64,000 bases of DNA, from IMG/VR virus record IMGVR_UViG_3300043399_001190; one strand, written 5' to 3'. Of the stretch, positions 1 through 12,100 are shown one piece after another. Numbering within the stretch: the first letter of the stretch is position 1; each line of letters starts with the position of its first letter. The position numbers and the translations under genes are program-made. Under the pieces are notes generated by a model. That model did no database searches and was not told the DNA's origin. It saw only the letters and a list, made by a program, of their open reading frames with translations. Source of the DNA: a virus (lineage: Duplodnaviria > Heunggongvirae > Uroviricota > Caudoviricetes).

Positions 1-1
1 T

Positions 2-2773
2 ATTTTATATTCTTCTAGTAATTCATATTTGGCTTCATTGAATTCAAATAATCACATTACTACAACACAATCATATGCATCAGGTTCTTCTTTTGCTGGC
101 TCTTTAAATTCAAACAGTCATATTACTACAACACAGGCTTATGCATCAGGTGTTTCATATGCCGGTTCATTGAACTCAAATAGTCATATCACCGCAACTC
201 AGGTATATGCATCAGGTTCAATCAATGTTGCTTCAGTTTCGGCAAATGCGTTCGTTAATACAGCCGTTCTTTATACTACAAGTAATTCTTATGTAGCATC
301 ACTGAACTCAAATAGTCATATCACCACAACTCAGGCTTATGCATCAGGTGTTTCTTATGCGGGATCATTGAATTCTAATAGCCACATTACTACAACACAA
401 GCTTACGCATCAGGTGTTTCTTATGCGGGATCATTGAATTCTAATAGCCACATTACTACAACACAAGCTTATGCATCAGGTGTTTCTTATGTAGGCTCAT
501 TGAACTCCAATACTCATGTTACCGCAACTCAGGTGTATGCCTCCGGTATCGTCAATGCACAAGCATTATTTTCCAACACAACAATAGGATCTTTGGGTTC
601 ATTGAATGTTGCTGGCGTAGGTGTTATTGCTGGTGCGTTAAATACCAGATCCATATCGGCAAACAGCTTTGTCAATACATTTGTTCTCTATGCCACAAGT
701 AATTCCTTTGTAGCATCTTTAAATTCGAATAGCCATATTACCGCAACTCAGGTGTATGCTTCTGGTATCGTTAATGCACAATCAATTTTTGCAAATTCTT
801 CTATAGAAACACACGATGCTTCCGTTAATAGAAACTTAACTGTAAAAGGCAATTTTATTATTGAAGGTACAACCATTTATGATTCGGATGTACTGAATCT
901 AAAAGGTGCCTCACCAATCACAGGTACTTCTGTTGCATCATTTGGTGTAAATAGACAAGCTGGTTTACCAGCATTCACACCAAACGCACAAATTCGTTTC
1001 GATAATGCAGATCGTTTGTGGAAAATTCGTGACATAGCAAATAATAGCACAACGGCAGCACCAAATACATATTATGAAATTGTTACCACCAAATTTACAG
1101 GTAATACCACACATTCTGGTTTGGTACAATTAGATAATACTTCAGGTTCCACGGATACTAGCAAAGCAGCAACAGCGGCCGCAGTTACATCAGCAAATAC
1201 CTCATTAAAAGCTTATGTTGACGGCAATAAAGTATCTTCTGTTTCAAGTGCATGTACAGGTAATATTGTTATCGCTGGAACATCTACAGCACCAACTGTT
1301 GATTTGGCGACAGGTATTATTACACCAAATTCCGCAGGTTCAAGCACAGTAATTCCCGTTATTACTTGGGATTCATCTGGTCGTTTAAGAACAGTAACAA
1401 CAGCAAACATACCTTCAGTTTACGGTCCCACCGGCCCAACTGGCTCAACTGGACCAACAGGTTCAACTGGTCCGACAGGCTCAACTGGACCAACGGGTCT
1501 TGGTTATGCGGGATTAACCAGTTCCAGTTCAGTCGCAATTGGAACTGGATCAAAATCTTTCACAACCAATTTGGATGCAGCAGCAACAGCATTTGCGGTT
1601 GGGCAACGTGTGAGAGTTGTTTCTTCCGCCACGCCGGCCAATTATATGGAAGGCACCATTACTTCGTTTAGTAGCACAACGTTGACAGTTAATGTCGATG
1701 TTATTGGTGGTAGCGGAACAATAGCATCGTGGAATATCGTTGCAGCCGGTTTAAAAGGTGTAGACGGTACCAATGGTACCAACGGTACCAATGGTACCAA
1801 CGGTACTGATGGTGCAACAGGTCCAACTGGTTCTACTGGACCAACTGGTTCTACTGGACCAACTGGTTCTACTGGACCAACTGGTTCTACTGGACCAACT
1901 GGTTCTACTGGACCAACTGGTTCTACTGGACCAACTGGTTCTACTGGACCAACTGGTTTTGGTTATTCAGGACTAACAAGTTCCACAGATCCAAACACTT
2001 TAACTCCTGGTTTTTTAACTTGGACAACAAATTTAACAAATACACAAACAGCATTCACTGTAGGACAAAGAATAAGAGTTGCTGCGACTGCTTATCCTAA
2101 TGATTTGTGGTATGAAGGTATAATAACTTCGTTCAGTGGAAACAGTTTGCAAATGACGAATAATTTGTCATTTTCTAGTGGACCATTACCACCAATAACC
2201 AGCTGGTCCTTCGTTTCAGCAGGAGCCAGAGGTTCAACAGGACCAACAGGACCAACAGGTTCAACCGGACCAACTGGCCCAACAACACCTGGACCAACTG
2301 GCCCAACAGGTTCAACCGGTTCCACCGGACCAACAGGTTCAACTGGACCAACTGGACCCACAGGACCAAATTATTCAACAACAGCTAATGTGCAATTAGG
2401 TTATCTTGGTATTGGTGTAGCAAATCCAGGTACAACATTAGGAACAATAGTCGCATCAAATGATATTACATCATGGTATTCTTCAGACAAAAATCTAAAA
2501 GAAAATATTGAAACAATTTCAAATGCATTAGATATTGTTAATTCAATTTCAGGTGTACGTTTTGACTGGAATGAAATTGCTAAAGAAATGTATCCAGAAA
2601 GAACGGAAAGAGATATTGGTGTTATAGCACAAGAAGTTGAAAACATTCTTCCTGAGATTGTGACAACACGTGACAACGGATACAAAGCTGTCAAATATGA
2701 AAAAATTGTTCCTGTTTTAATTCAAGCAATTAAAGAACTTAAAGCTGAGATTGACGAATTGAAGAAGAAATAA
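2..2773 (+). CDS. Long tail fibre protein, 5'-truncated by the window edge; 22-aa repeats, collagen-like GPT/GST repeats, C-terminal intramolecular chaperone (peptidase S74-like)
   Basis: Frame is open from nt 2. It has [22 protein letters not shown] repeats, G-X-Y triplets and a C-terminal SDKNLKENI...[11 protein letters not shown]...L..EIDELK chaperone signature. Confidence 0.85.
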   Translation: MLYSSSNSYLASLNSNNHITTTQSYASGSSFAGSLNSNSHITTTQAYASGVSYAGSLNSNSHITATQVYASGSINVASVSANAFVNTAVLYTTSNSYVASLNSNSHITTTQAYASGVSYAGSLNSNSHITTTQAYASGVSYAGSLNSNSHITTTQAYASGVSYVGSLNSNTHVTATQVYASGIVNAQALFSNTTIGSLGSLNVAGVGVIAGALNTRSISANSFVNTFVLYATSNSFVASLNSNSHITATQVYASGIVNAQSIFANSSIETHDASVNRNLTVKGNFIIEGTTIYDSDVLNLKGASPITGTSVASFGVNRQAGLPAFTPNAQIRFDNADRLWKIRDIANNSTTAAPNTYYEIVTTKFTGNTTHSGLVQLDNTSGSTDTSKAATAAAVTSANTSLKAYVDGNKVSSVSSACTGNIVIAGTSTAPTVDLATGIITPNSAGSSTVIPVITWDSSGRLRTVTTANIPSVYGPTGPTGSTGPTGSTGPTGSTGPTGLGYAGLTSSSSVAIGTGSKSFTTNLDAAATAFAVGQRVRVVSSATPANYMEGTITSFSSTTLTVNVDVIGGSGTIASWNIVAAGLKGVDGTNGTNGTNGTNGTDGATGPTGSTGPTGSTGPTGSTGPTGSTGPTGSTGPTGSTGPTGSTGPTGFGYSGLTSSTDPNTLTPGFLTWTTNLTNTQTAFTVGQRIRVAATAYPNDLWYEGIITSFSGNSLQMTNNLSFSSGPLPPITSWSFVSAGARGSTGPTGPTGSTGPTGPTTPGPTGPTGSTGSTGPTGSTGPTGPTGPNYSTTANVQLGYLGIGVANPGTTLGTIVASNDITSWYSSDKNLKENIETISNALDIVNSISGVRFDWNEIAKEMYPERTERDIGVIAQEVENILPEIVTTRDNGYKAVKYEKIVPVLIQAIKELKAEIDELKKK
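361..492 (+). repeat. 66-bp (22-aa) tandem coding repeat
   Basis: The unit gggatcattgaattctaatagccac... starts at 361 and recurs at 427; diverged copies lie at about 29-230 and 295-360. Confidence 0.85.
1820..1957 (+). repeat. 18-bp tandem repeat encoding GPTGST collagen units
   Basis: The unit ggaccaactggttctact repeats about 7 times. Confidence 0.9.
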
Positions 2774-2797
2774 ATACCATATAAAATAGGATAAAAA

Positions 2798-3163
2798 ATG
2801 CCAGCAGGATATTCCGAACTATTCATGGAGCAAGGTGCTGATTTCAATGCATCGATTACACTGGATGATGTTGGTGGAGTAGCTTTCAATCTAACCACTT
2901 ATACAGCATCTTCACAGATGCGTAAATCATATTTTTCTTCAAACGCGGCCGCTACATTTGTAGTAAGTACAGGAAATGATCCAACTCTAGGTGTCGTAAC
3001 TCTGTCATTGAGCGCGGCAAATACTGCAAATATTGCATATGGTAGATATGTTTATGATGTATACTTGACTGGAAACACTATAGGTAATACCAGCAGAGTA
3101 CGTGTACTTGAAGGTATTATTAATGTTTCACCACAAGTAACCAAATTACCAGGAATGATGTAA
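2798..3163 (+). CDS. Small virion structural protein (BppU-N/Ig-like, EQGADF motif)
   Basis: SD ggat(a); EQGADF...GRYVYDV...RVLEG.I.VSP.VT pattern typical of T4-like phage structural clusters. Confidence 0.6.
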   Translation: MPAGYSELFMEQGADFNASITLDDVGGVAFNLTTYTASSQMRKSYFSSNAAATFVVSTGNDPTLGVVTLSLSAANTANIAYGRYVYDVYLTGNTIGNTSRVRVLEGIINVSPQVTKLPGMM

Positions 3164-3387
3164 TGTCTCAAACTATAAATACCGTAAGAGTTAGAGTTGA
3201 CAGTGGAGCTACATCAAGAGTTCAATCGATACAATACTTACCAAATATGATAAGTTTTGATATCAAAGATGCAGCCGATCTTCAAATATCAAATAATTTA
3301 ACGGGTCGTGGCGTAATAACTTATAACGAAACAACACAAGAATTTGTGGTGCAAGATGTGCCACGACTAGACGGAGGCACATACTAA
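3163..3387 (+). CDS. Hypothetical virion-associated protein
   Basis: Coupled by TAATG overlap; ends in LDGGTY like the LDGGTF end of the next gene. Confidence 0.55.
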   Translation: MSQTINTVRVRVDSGATSRVQSIQYLPNMISFDIKDAADLQISNNLTGRGVITYNETTQEFVVQDVPRLDGGTY

Positions 3388-3388
3388 A

Positions 3389-5122
3389 ATGGCTGGAGCA
3401 ACAAACACAATCATTCAAATTTTACGCTCTGATGTAACAGCGTATCCGACAACATTAAATCCTGGTGAACAAGCTTATTCGTATGTTTCAGGAAAATTAT
3501 TCATAGGTAATACTGATACATCCGTAATCACAATTGGTGGTGAATATTATGCCAATTTGGTTGATGGTGCAACAAGTTCAAATAGTTCAAATACCTTAGT
3601 TCGTCGTGATAATTCAGGAAACGTTGCATTTAATATGGCAACCGTTTTACTTGATGCATCAAATTCCACAGATGTTGTTAACAAAAGCTATCTAGACAAT
3701 AGAATTAATGCGCTGTCATCGAACACCATTTTCTCTGGTGTATTAGGTCAAGACGGTTATTCAAATGTTCATGTAAGTAGTACAGACAATGGTGGTTCAG
3801 TCATACTTGTTGCAAATAATGCAACTGTTGCAACCATAACAAAAACCACAACTTCTTTTGTACAAGATGTTACCGTTTCTGGAAACTTGACGGTCAAAGG
3901 CGCAACATCATATACAAACGTCGAAACGTTACTTGTAGATAACAATGAAATCGTAATGAATGCTAATGCAAGTGGAACACCACTTATTAATGCATACATT
4001 ACTGTCAATCGTGGTGCTGCGGACAATGCAGCAATTATTTGGAACGAAGCAACAGACCAATGGCAGATCGATAATGCTGATGGTTCAATTTATGATATCG
4101 TTGATACCGGTGGTGGTCAATCGATTGGTGGAACAACAACACTAAATGCTGCTTCTGTAACAAACAATTTACATGTTGGTGTTTTAGAAGTTTCTGGGCA
4201 TTCGAATGTTGCATCACTGACTGCTAACGGAACAATTATTGCGGATCAAGTTATTGTTGCCGCAAACGTTCAGCTTGCTAACGTAGCGAATGTTGCAAAC
4301 TTTGTTTCGGTAACACATATAAATTATCCAGCATCATATAAACATAAAGTTTTAATGGGTGATGGTGTTTCAGGAAACAATGAAGTACAAGCAAACAACT
4401 TATTCACCTTCGATGCTGCTAACACCACAGTAGAGGTTGGTTATTCTTCATATACACCATTACCTAATACAATGTATCAGGGTACTGGTTCAAGTTATAA
4501 GTACATACAAAGTAACTTACAGAACTTGAATAACGAAGGTTCTTCCGATTATGTTGCAACAGCAGATAATGGTTCAGACACAACAGGATATGTTGATGTT
4601 GGTATCGCTGGAGGCAATTATACATACGACACATTACATCACCCTAATGACGGTTTCATTCAAGTTGTAGGTTCAACTGGAATTGGAAGAGGTAACGTTT
4701 GGATTGGAACGGGTGCAGAGACAACAACATCACCTAATGTTGGTGACATTTATTTCCACATCGGTAATTTCGAAGCTGCTAATATTGTTGGTTTCATTAC
4801 AAGAGAAAATAATACACAAACTGGTGTTCCAACCTGGGCTATTGGTAAAACAAGTTCCGCAAATTCATCCTATACTTTAGATGTTGCTGGTTCTGCAAAC
4901 GTAGCTTCACTTTACATCAATAATACGAAAGTTCTTGATGAATCTTTTGGTCTACCTGTACCTTTTGGTGGAACAGGTCTAACTTCCGTGACAGCAAATT
5001 CTGTACTCTATGGTAATGGTAGTGGCGCGCTTGGTGTTACAAATGCTCCTACTGCTGGTCAAGTTCTACAATATAGAACAGATGGTGTTAAATTTGGTGG
5101 GCTTGATGGAGGCACATTCTAA
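3389..5122 (+). CDS. Tail fibre/structural protein with Mtd-N/hyaluronidase-like N-terminus
   Basis: IQILRS...P..L.PGE.AYS...GKLFIG N-terminus; beta-rich Asn/Thr/Gly body. Confidence 0.65.
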   Translation: MAGATNTIIQILRSDVTAYPTTLNPGEQAYSYVSGKLFIGNTDTSVITIGGEYYANLVDGATSSNSSNTLVRRDNSGNVAFNMATVLLDASNSTDVVNKSYLDNRINALSSNTIFSGVLGQDGYSNVHVSSTDNGGSVILVANNATVATITKTTTSFVQDVTVSGNLTVKGATSYTNVETLLVDNNEIVMNANASGTPLINAYITVNRGAADNAAIIWNEATDQWQIDNADGSIYDIVDTGGGQSIGGTTTLNAASVTNNLHVGVLEVSGHSNVASLTANGTIIADQVIVAANVQLANVANVANFVSVTHINYPASYKHKVLMGDGVSGNNEVQANNLFTFDAANTTVEVGYSSYTPLPNTMYQGTGSSYKYIQSNLQNLNNEGSSDYVATADNGSDTTGYVDVGIAGGNYTYDTLHHPNDGFIQVVGSTGIGRGNVWIGTGAETTTSPNVGDIYFHIGNFEAANIVGFITRENNTQTGVPTWAIGKTSSANSSYTLDVAGSANVASLYINNTKVLDESFGLPVPFGGTGLTSVTANSVLYGNGSGALGVTNAPTAGQVLQYRTDGVKFGGLDGGTF

Positions 5123-5155
5123 ATAAATTAGAACAATCAATGATGGAGTTTTATT

Positions 5156-5677
5156 ATGAATCAAGAAAAATTTGTTAATGCATACGTAGAATTATTGAAC
5201 AAAACACTAACTGAAGCACTACAGAAAAATATAGTGCTTCAGGTGCAAAAGAAATTAGTTGAAGAAGATTTGTCAACACTGGAGCAAACGAATTCAAAAT
5301 TGCAAGATGATGCAAAATCTTTATTGTTACAAAAACAAAATGAAATTGATTCTCTGAAATCTCAACTAAATGATACGAGAAAACAATCTGCTGTTGCAAC
5401 AAATGAAAGAGAAGAATTAAAAAAGAGTATTCAACATGTTGACACTTTTAAAAATGAATTGTTGAAGGCAAGAAAAGAGATTGAAGATTTGTTGACGAAA
5501 TTGAATAACAAAGATGAAGAAGTGAATAATATAAGACAACTGTTGATTAAAAAAGAAAAAGAAATTTATGATTTGAAAAATCCTGATGCAAAGAAAACCG
5601 TCACAGGTAAAAAGAAAACTTCATCATTAGAAACTATTGCAAAAATAGAAACAATTAAGGACGCCGGTAGCTTCTAA
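5156..5677 (+). CDS. Coiled-coil hypothetical protein
   Basis: SD ggag; heptad-rich E/K/L/Q composition. Confidence 0.65.
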   Translation: MNQEKFVNAYVELLNKTLTEALQKNIVLQVQKKLVEEDLSTLEQTNSKLQDDAKSLLLQKQNEIDSLKSQLNDTRKQSAVATNEREELKKSIQHVDTFKNELLKARKEIEDLLTKLNNKDEEVNNIRQLLIKKEKEIYDLKNPDAKKTVTGKKKTSSLETIAKIETIKDAGSF

Positions 5678-6885
5678 TGTCAGACAATACAGTAATTCAG
5701 TTAAAAAAATCAGGCGATACTGGTAACACACCAACATCCGCCAACTTAGCATACGGTGAACTTGCTCTCAATTACGCCGATGGTAAACTGTTTTATAAAA
5801 ATGATTTAGATCAAATCAAATCAATATATTTACCAAATCTGTATGAAACGGTAAATGTAAATGGAACACTTTTAGTTCCAACAACTGCAACAGAAATATT
5901 AACCTATAAGCCAGATAATTATATAACTATCACTGGTGTATCTGGTAATGATACAATTATTATTGGTGAGACTATTTCTCCAATCGCTCTGTATGCAAAT
6001 GCAATGGCGATTGCTTCATATGCACATGCAAATTCGGGCTATGATAAAGCAAATGCTGCAAATATTCTTGCTCAAGCTGCATTCAATGATTCAAATACCA
6101 GATTAAGTGCTTCTGGTGGTACAGTTTCTGGTAGTTTAACGGTTACTGGCAACCTTACGGTACAAGGTACTTTAACCTCAGTCAACACCCAAGTTCTTTC
6201 TGTTACTGATTCATTAATTGAACTAGCAAATAATAATACTTCCGACACTCTCGATATCGGTTTTTATGGAAATTATTCCAACGGCACATCAAATCTCTAT
6301 ACTGGTTTAGTTAGAAGTGATGTGGATAAAATTTATTATTTGTTTGATACACTAACAGAAGCACCATCAAACACAAGTATAAATTTTTCTAATGCAAAGA
6401 CAGCAACATTAAATGCAAATGTTGTTTCGAATTCTGTTGTCATTGCTGGTGTTAACGTATTAGATTTTGCAAACTCATCTTTCAATTTAGCCAATACTTC
6501 CATACAGAATACTGGTGGAACAATTAATGGTAATTTAACCGTTAATGGATTATTGGCATTATCTGATGCACAGTATTATTCAAACACAGTTACGGTTACA
6601 ACAGACACACAAGAGGTGGTCGATTCATTTTCATTATCAAATTGGAGAACCGCAAAATATACAGTTCAAATATCAGAAACATCCACAAACTATCATTCAA
6701 CCGACATATTGTTAATACATGATGGTTCTGTCGTTCATAAAGTTGAATATGCGGTTGTAACGACAACTGGAGAACTTGGAGCATTTGATGCTGATATAAA
6801 TACCGGATCAGTTCGTTTATTATTTACTGCGGCAAACGCAACAAACAAAACATTGAAAATTGTTAGAACTCTAATAGAAACATAA
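5677..6885 (+). CDS. Tail fibre/structural protein with Mtd-N-like N-terminus
   Basis: IQLKKSG..GNTP....L..GELALNYADGKLFYK motif. Confidence 0.65.
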   Translation: MSDNTVIQLKKSGDTGNTPTSANLAYGELALNYADGKLFYKNDLDQIKSIYLPNLYETVNVNGTLLVPTTATEILTYKPDNYITITGVSGNDTIIIGETISPIALYANAMAIASYAHANSGYDKANAANILAQAAFNDSNTRLSASGGTVSGSLTVTGNLTVQGTLTSVNTQVLSVTDSLIELANNNTSDTLDIGFYGNYSNGTSNLYTGLVRSDVDKIYYLFDTLTEAPSNTSINFSNAKTATLNANVVSNSVVIAGVNVLDFANSSFNLANTSIQNTGGTINGNLTVNGLLALSDAQYYSNTVTVTTDTQEVVDSFSLSNWRTAKYTVQISETSTNYHSTDILLIHDGSVVHKVEYAVVTTTGELGAFDADINTGSVRLLFTAANATNKTLKIVRTLIET

Positions 6886-6923
6886 TAAAAATATAGTCCA
6901 TTTAGTGGATAGTAGGGAAACTA

Positions 6924-8762
6924 ATGGCGACAGCAAATAACTTTGTAGTCAAAAACGGATTGACGGTTGGTAACACTGCTGTCATTACTTCTTCAGGTCA
7001 ATGGATAGGTGATCCAACAGGATTATATGGTCCAACAGGACCAACCGGACCAACAGGCTTTACTGGAGCAACAGGACCCACAGGTTCAACAGGTTCTACT
7101 GGTCCAACCGGTAACACAGGTCCAACTGGACCACAAGGCGTATCAGGACCAACTGGTCCAACAGGCCCTTCAGGCGTTGCAGGCGTAGATGGTCCAACTG
7201 GACCAACAGGTTCTACCGGACCTACAGGACCAAGCGGTGTACAAGGTGTATCTGGACCCACAGGTCCTTCAGGTGTCGCAGGTGTAGATGGAGCTACAGG
7301 TCCCACTGGTCCAACAGGTCCTTCAGGTGTCGCAGGTGTAGATGGAGCTACAGGTCCCACTGGTCCAACAGGTCCTTCAGGCGTTGCGGGTGTAGATGGT
7401 CCTACTGGACCAACAGGTTCCACTGGACCAACAGGTCCTTCAGGTATTCCAGGTATAGACGGTCCAACTGGACCAACAGGTGCTTCAGGTATAGATGGTC
7501 CTACTGGTCCAACAGGACCAACAGGACCCTCTGGTGCAATTGGCTCCACTGGACCTACTGGTCCAACCGGACCTTCAGGTGTCGCAGGTATTGCAGGTGT
7601 AGATGGACCCACCGGTCCTACTGGACCAACAGGACCCTCTGGTGTAAATGGTGAAATTGGACCCACTGGTCCAACAGGTCCTTCAGGTGTTGCAGGTGTA
7701 GACGGTCCAACTGGACCTACCGGACCAACAGGACCTTCAGGCGTAACCGGTTCTATTGGTCCAACCGGACCAACAGGTGCATCAGGTATAGATGGTACTA
7801 TTGGTCCAACGGGTCCAACAGGACCAACTGGTCCTTCAGGTGCAGCTTCCACAGTTTCTGGTCCAACCGGACCAACTGGACCAACAGGTCCTTCAGGTTT
7901 AATTGGTACTACTGGTCCAACAGGACCAACTGGTCCTTCAGGTGCAGCATCGACAGTTTCCGGTCCAACGGGTCCAACAGGACCAACTGGTCCTTCAGGT
8001 GCAGATTCAACAGTTTCTGGACCAACGGGACCAACTGGACCAACAGGTGCTCCGTCAACAGTTTCTGGACCAACGGGTCCAACGGGTCCTTCTGGAACCG
8101 CATCGACAGTTTCCGGACCAACAGGTCCAACAGGACCAACTGGTCCTTCAGGTGCAGATTCCACAGTTTCTGGTCCAACCGGACCAACTGGACCAACAGG
8201 TCCAACAGGTGCTCCGTCAACAGTTTCTGGACCAACGGGTCCAACAGGACCAACAGGTTCCGCTTCAACAGTTTCTGGACCAACGGGACCAACTGGTCCA
8301 ACAGGACCTTCAGGCTTAACAGGACCAACCGGACCAACTGGCCCAACAGGAACAATTACCGTTGATAAATTCTCGGGTAATGGAACAACAAACACATTTG
8401 CACTTTCTGTAACACCTTTAAATAAAGACTACACAATAATAAACATTGATGGTGTTATACAGTTAAAAAATGCCTATTCTCTCAGTGAAAGTACAATTAC
8501 TCTAACTGAGAATGCTCCCGCAAATTCAAATGTGGAAATTATGACTTTCCAAATGGGTGGCGGAGGAAGTGGTGGAGGTGGAGGTGGTGGAACGGCCAAT
8601 ATATCAATATTGGACGAAGGTATTGTATTAACTAATACAGTAACAAGTATTAATTTTGTTGGTAACGGAGTTACTGGTAATGTTACAGGTAATGCAGTTA
8701 CAGTGACTATTGCAACAAATTCTCAAGATATCTTAAGTCCATTTTTATTCATGGGCGCATAA
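6924..8762 (+). CDS. Collagen triple-helix repeat fibre protein
   Basis: About 440 aa of largely continuous G-X-Y repeats (GPT, GPS). Confidence 0.9.
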   Translation: MATANNFVVKNGLTVGNTAVITSSGQWIGDPTGLYGPTGPTGPTGFTGATGPTGSTGSTGPTGNTGPTGPQGVSGPTGPTGPSGVAGVDGPTGPTGSTGPTGPSGVQGVSGPTGPSGVAGVDGATGPTGPTGPSGVAGVDGATGPTGPTGPSGVAGVDGPTGPTGSTGPTGPSGIPGIDGPTGPTGASGIDGPTGPTGPTGPSGAIGSTGPTGPTGPSGVAGIAGVDGPTGPTGPTGPSGVNGEIGPTGPTGPSGVAGVDGPTGPTGPTGPSGVTGSIGPTGPTGASGIDGTIGPTGPTGPTGPSGAASTVSGPTGPTGPTGPSGLIGTTGPTGPTGPSGAASTVSGPTGPTGPTGPSGADSTVSGPTGPTGPTGAPSTVSGPTGPTGPSGTASTVSGPTGPTGPTGPSGADSTVSGPTGPTGPTGPTGAPSTVSGPTGPTGPTGSASTVSGPTGPTGPTGPSGLTGPTGPTGPTGTITVDKFSGNGTTNTFALSVTPLNKDYTIINIDGVIQLKNAYSLSESTITLTENAPANSNVEIMTFQMGGGGSGGGGGGGTANISILDEGIVLTNTVTSINFVGNGVTGNVTGNAVTVTIATNSQDILSPFLFMGA

Positions 8763-8771
8763 GGAAATAAT

Positions 8772-9101
8772 ATGGCAATAATTTATAAAGTTTTAGGACA
8801 AAGTAATCCAGCAGCAAATACGAATGCGGATTTATATACTGTCCCTTCTGCCACTTCCGCAGTATGTAGTACATTAGTTGTTTGCAATCAATCTTCAACC
8901 GCCGCAAGCTTTAGTATAGCAGTCAGACCCTCAGGTGCTGCAATATCAAATACACATTATTTGGCATTTAATTCAAATTTAAATTCTAATGATAGTGTGA
9001 CATTAACAATTGGTATGACACTTGCTGCAACAGACGTTGTAACGGTGCGAGCAAGCACAACCTCAGTTAGTTTTAATTTATTTGGATCTGAAATAGTATG
9101 A
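8772..9101 (+). CDS. Small beta-rich virion protein
   Basis: SD aagga; MA..YKVLGQS.P.A......YTVP type ORF common in aquatic phage tail modules. Confidence 0.6.
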   Translation: MAIIYKVLGQSNPAANTNADLYTVPSATSAVCSTLVVCNQSSTAASFSIAVRPSGAAISNTHYLAFNSNLNSNDSVTLTIGMTLAATDVVTVRASTTSVSFNLFGSEIV

Positions 9102-12100
9102 GTATAACATCGATTGTTAATAACAATATTGGTGATTCAAGTTTTGTCAATGCACAGAAACCAACACCACCCACAATAACAAATTATTCTGTTGACGGAA
9201 TAGATGATACTGCTTTATTACTTGAAGGTGGTCAAACAGTATTAATAAATGGAACAGGATTTCAAAGAGGTGCTACCGTTACTTTGGGTGGTGTCGCCAT
9301 AGGAGTGGTGACTTGGATTAATTCCAATCAATTAAGTTTTACCAGTACAGCTAGAACCGCTGGAACTTATACATTGTTTGTAATAAATGCGGATGGAGGT
9401 ACTGCAATTTATTTACCTGGCATAATATACAGTAGTAATCCAAATTGGGTAACTAATGCTGGAAGTTTAGGTAGTTACTATGAAACTAAAACAATTTCTA
9501 ACACCATAATTGCAACTGATGATATTGGATCAAATATTTCTTATTCATTATCTTCAGGTAGTTTACCTGATGGAGCAACCTTATATGCTAACGGTGTGAT
9601 TTCAGGTACAGCACCAGTTGATAATGGAAGCACAACATATACTTTTACTATTGAAGCCACCGATGGTAATTTACAAAGTAGCACCAGATCATTTAGTTTA
9701 ACTATTAACACAGATGTGGTTACTTGGGTAAATCCATCAAATGAAGCAACATTAGTAATAGATGGATTACCTTATAATACAACACTGAATGCAACTAGCG
9801 CAGCAGGTTATAATATTGGAAGCTATATTGCAAATACTTTGCCATCAGGACTTACTTTGACTAATAATATTATTTCAGGAACACCAACTGAGTCTGGCAT
9901 TATTACGACATTACTAACAGCAACATCCGCAAATACAAATCGTAGTGCTAATAACATAATAACATGGATTGTAACTATTAATGATCCATATTGGGAATAT
10001 GTAAACACTTTATTGAGCGCCAATAATAATACTTTACCTTTCACGCATGATGCTAGTACAAATAAATTTAATACTACAGTGTCTGGCGATCTTAAACCAA
10101 ACAACTATGGACCGTATACTCTTGGTTATTACAGCAATTATTTTGACGGCACTGGAGATTTTTTAACTGTTCCTTCAAATGCCGCATTAAATATTACATC
10201 TGGTAGTACAGATTCTTTTAGTTGTGAATTGTGGGTATATTTTACTACTGTTGGAGCAAATAGATCGATTGTTGACAATGGTGGTCTTAGTGGAACCTCA
10301 TTCTCAAACTGGGCAATATATTTAAATGCTTCAAGTCAAATAACAATCACATGGGGTATTTCTGGTTCACCTGGAACTTCTGCTATTGGTACTCTTACAT
10401 CATCTACTGTACCAGTAGCGGGGTTATGGTATCACATTGCATTAGTAAAAACAAATGCAGATTGGTCATTATTTATTAATGGAACAAGAACAAACACAGT
10501 CAATGGATTTAATACGGCTGACAAAACCAATTCTACTGCACTTTATATTGGTAATGGAATTATTGGAGCAGGTTTTGCTGGTTATATTAGTAATTTACGA
10601 ATTTACAAAGGTGCCACTGGGTCTGCTCCTTATTCCGCCACATCAACTAAAATTACAGTACCTACTAATCCACTGACTGCTATCACAAATACCAGTTTAC
10701 TGACTTGCCAAGGCAATAGACTTATTGACAACTCAACAAATAACTTTACAATCAATCGTAACGGTGATACTACAGTAAGTTCATTCGATCCATTCGCACC
10801 TAACAGTAGTTACGCAACTTATGGTAGTGCATACTTCGATGGTGTAGGTGATTATCTAACTACACCCAGCAATTCGGCTTTCAATTTTTCCGGTAATTTT
10901 ACTGTTGAGGCATGGATATATCCCACTACTTTATCCTTAGCAAAACAAATTATTACTACTAGAGCCTCTAGCTCCACTTCAAATACTACTGCTTGGGCTT
11001 TAGGTTTAAACAATAGCGCATTAACATGGTATACTAATGCATACAATGTTAGTGGAGGTACAGTAATTTTAAATTCATGGAATCATGTAGCTGCTGTTAG
11101 ATCCGGTTCTACACTTACTTTATACCTAAACGGAAATAGCATAGGCACAGCTACATCAAACAATAACTTTACAGATCAACAATTGTCAATTGGTGCATGT
11201 ATCGATGGAACTGAACCTTATATTGGTTACATGTCAGATGTGCGTGTTATAAAAGACACAGCAGTTTACACTACAAATTTCACACCACCCACAAGTCCAC
11301 TCACTGCCATTGCAAATACAAGTTTACTAACGCTGCAAACCAACCAACCAATGAATAACAATGTGTTCATTGACAACAGTAGCATTAATAATTTCATAAC
11401 AAGAAATGGTAATACTACGCAGGGAACTTTTAGTCCATACGGTGAAAGCTGGAGCAATTATTTTGATGGAACTGGCGACTTTCTTACAGTTACAAATAAC
11501 ACAGCATTAAATTTGAGTTCCGGCAACTTTACGATTGAATGTTGGTTCTACACTACAGCATCAGGAGTTCAACAAACAATTATACAAAAAGATGGCATAA
11601 GTGGAACAAGGCAAAATCAATATGCATTTTATATACTCAATACTAATCAAATTCAGTTTACAGTAAGTCCAGCTTCTGGAGCATCCGGAAATCAAAACTT
11701 TATATATTCTACCGCAATAAATGTAAATACTTGGTATCATTTAGCAGCAGTTAGAAATGGAAACAACATAACGGTATTTTTAAATGGTCAAATTGTCGTA
11801 GGTCCAACTGCGTTGACAGTAACTATGGGTAACAATACAGGTGATTTGACTATTGGAGTCACACCTACATCGGCAAATACTTTTTATGGATATATTTCCA
11901 ATGTTCGGATAGTCAAGGGCACAGCAGTTTACACTAACGCATTCACACCGAGCACAACTCCATTGCAACCTATTGCAAATACAGTTTTATTGACCTGTCA
12001 AAGCTCAAGAATAGTTGATAATTCTTTTAATAATTTTACTGTTACTCGTAGTGGAGATGTTAGTGTTCAAAAATATAGTCCATATGCAGGAACAACTTTA

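Noticed and set aside
1820-1957. Regular 18-bp repeats resembling a CRISPR array
   Set aside because: There are no unique spacers, the repeats are in-frame collagen codons, and no cas genes are present.
6998-8395. 465-aa minus-strand ORF, and similar ORFs at 2092-2381 and 7903-8355
   Set aside because: These are antisense or off-frame shadows of collagen GPT repeats, with no RBS and against the uniform + strand gene orientation.
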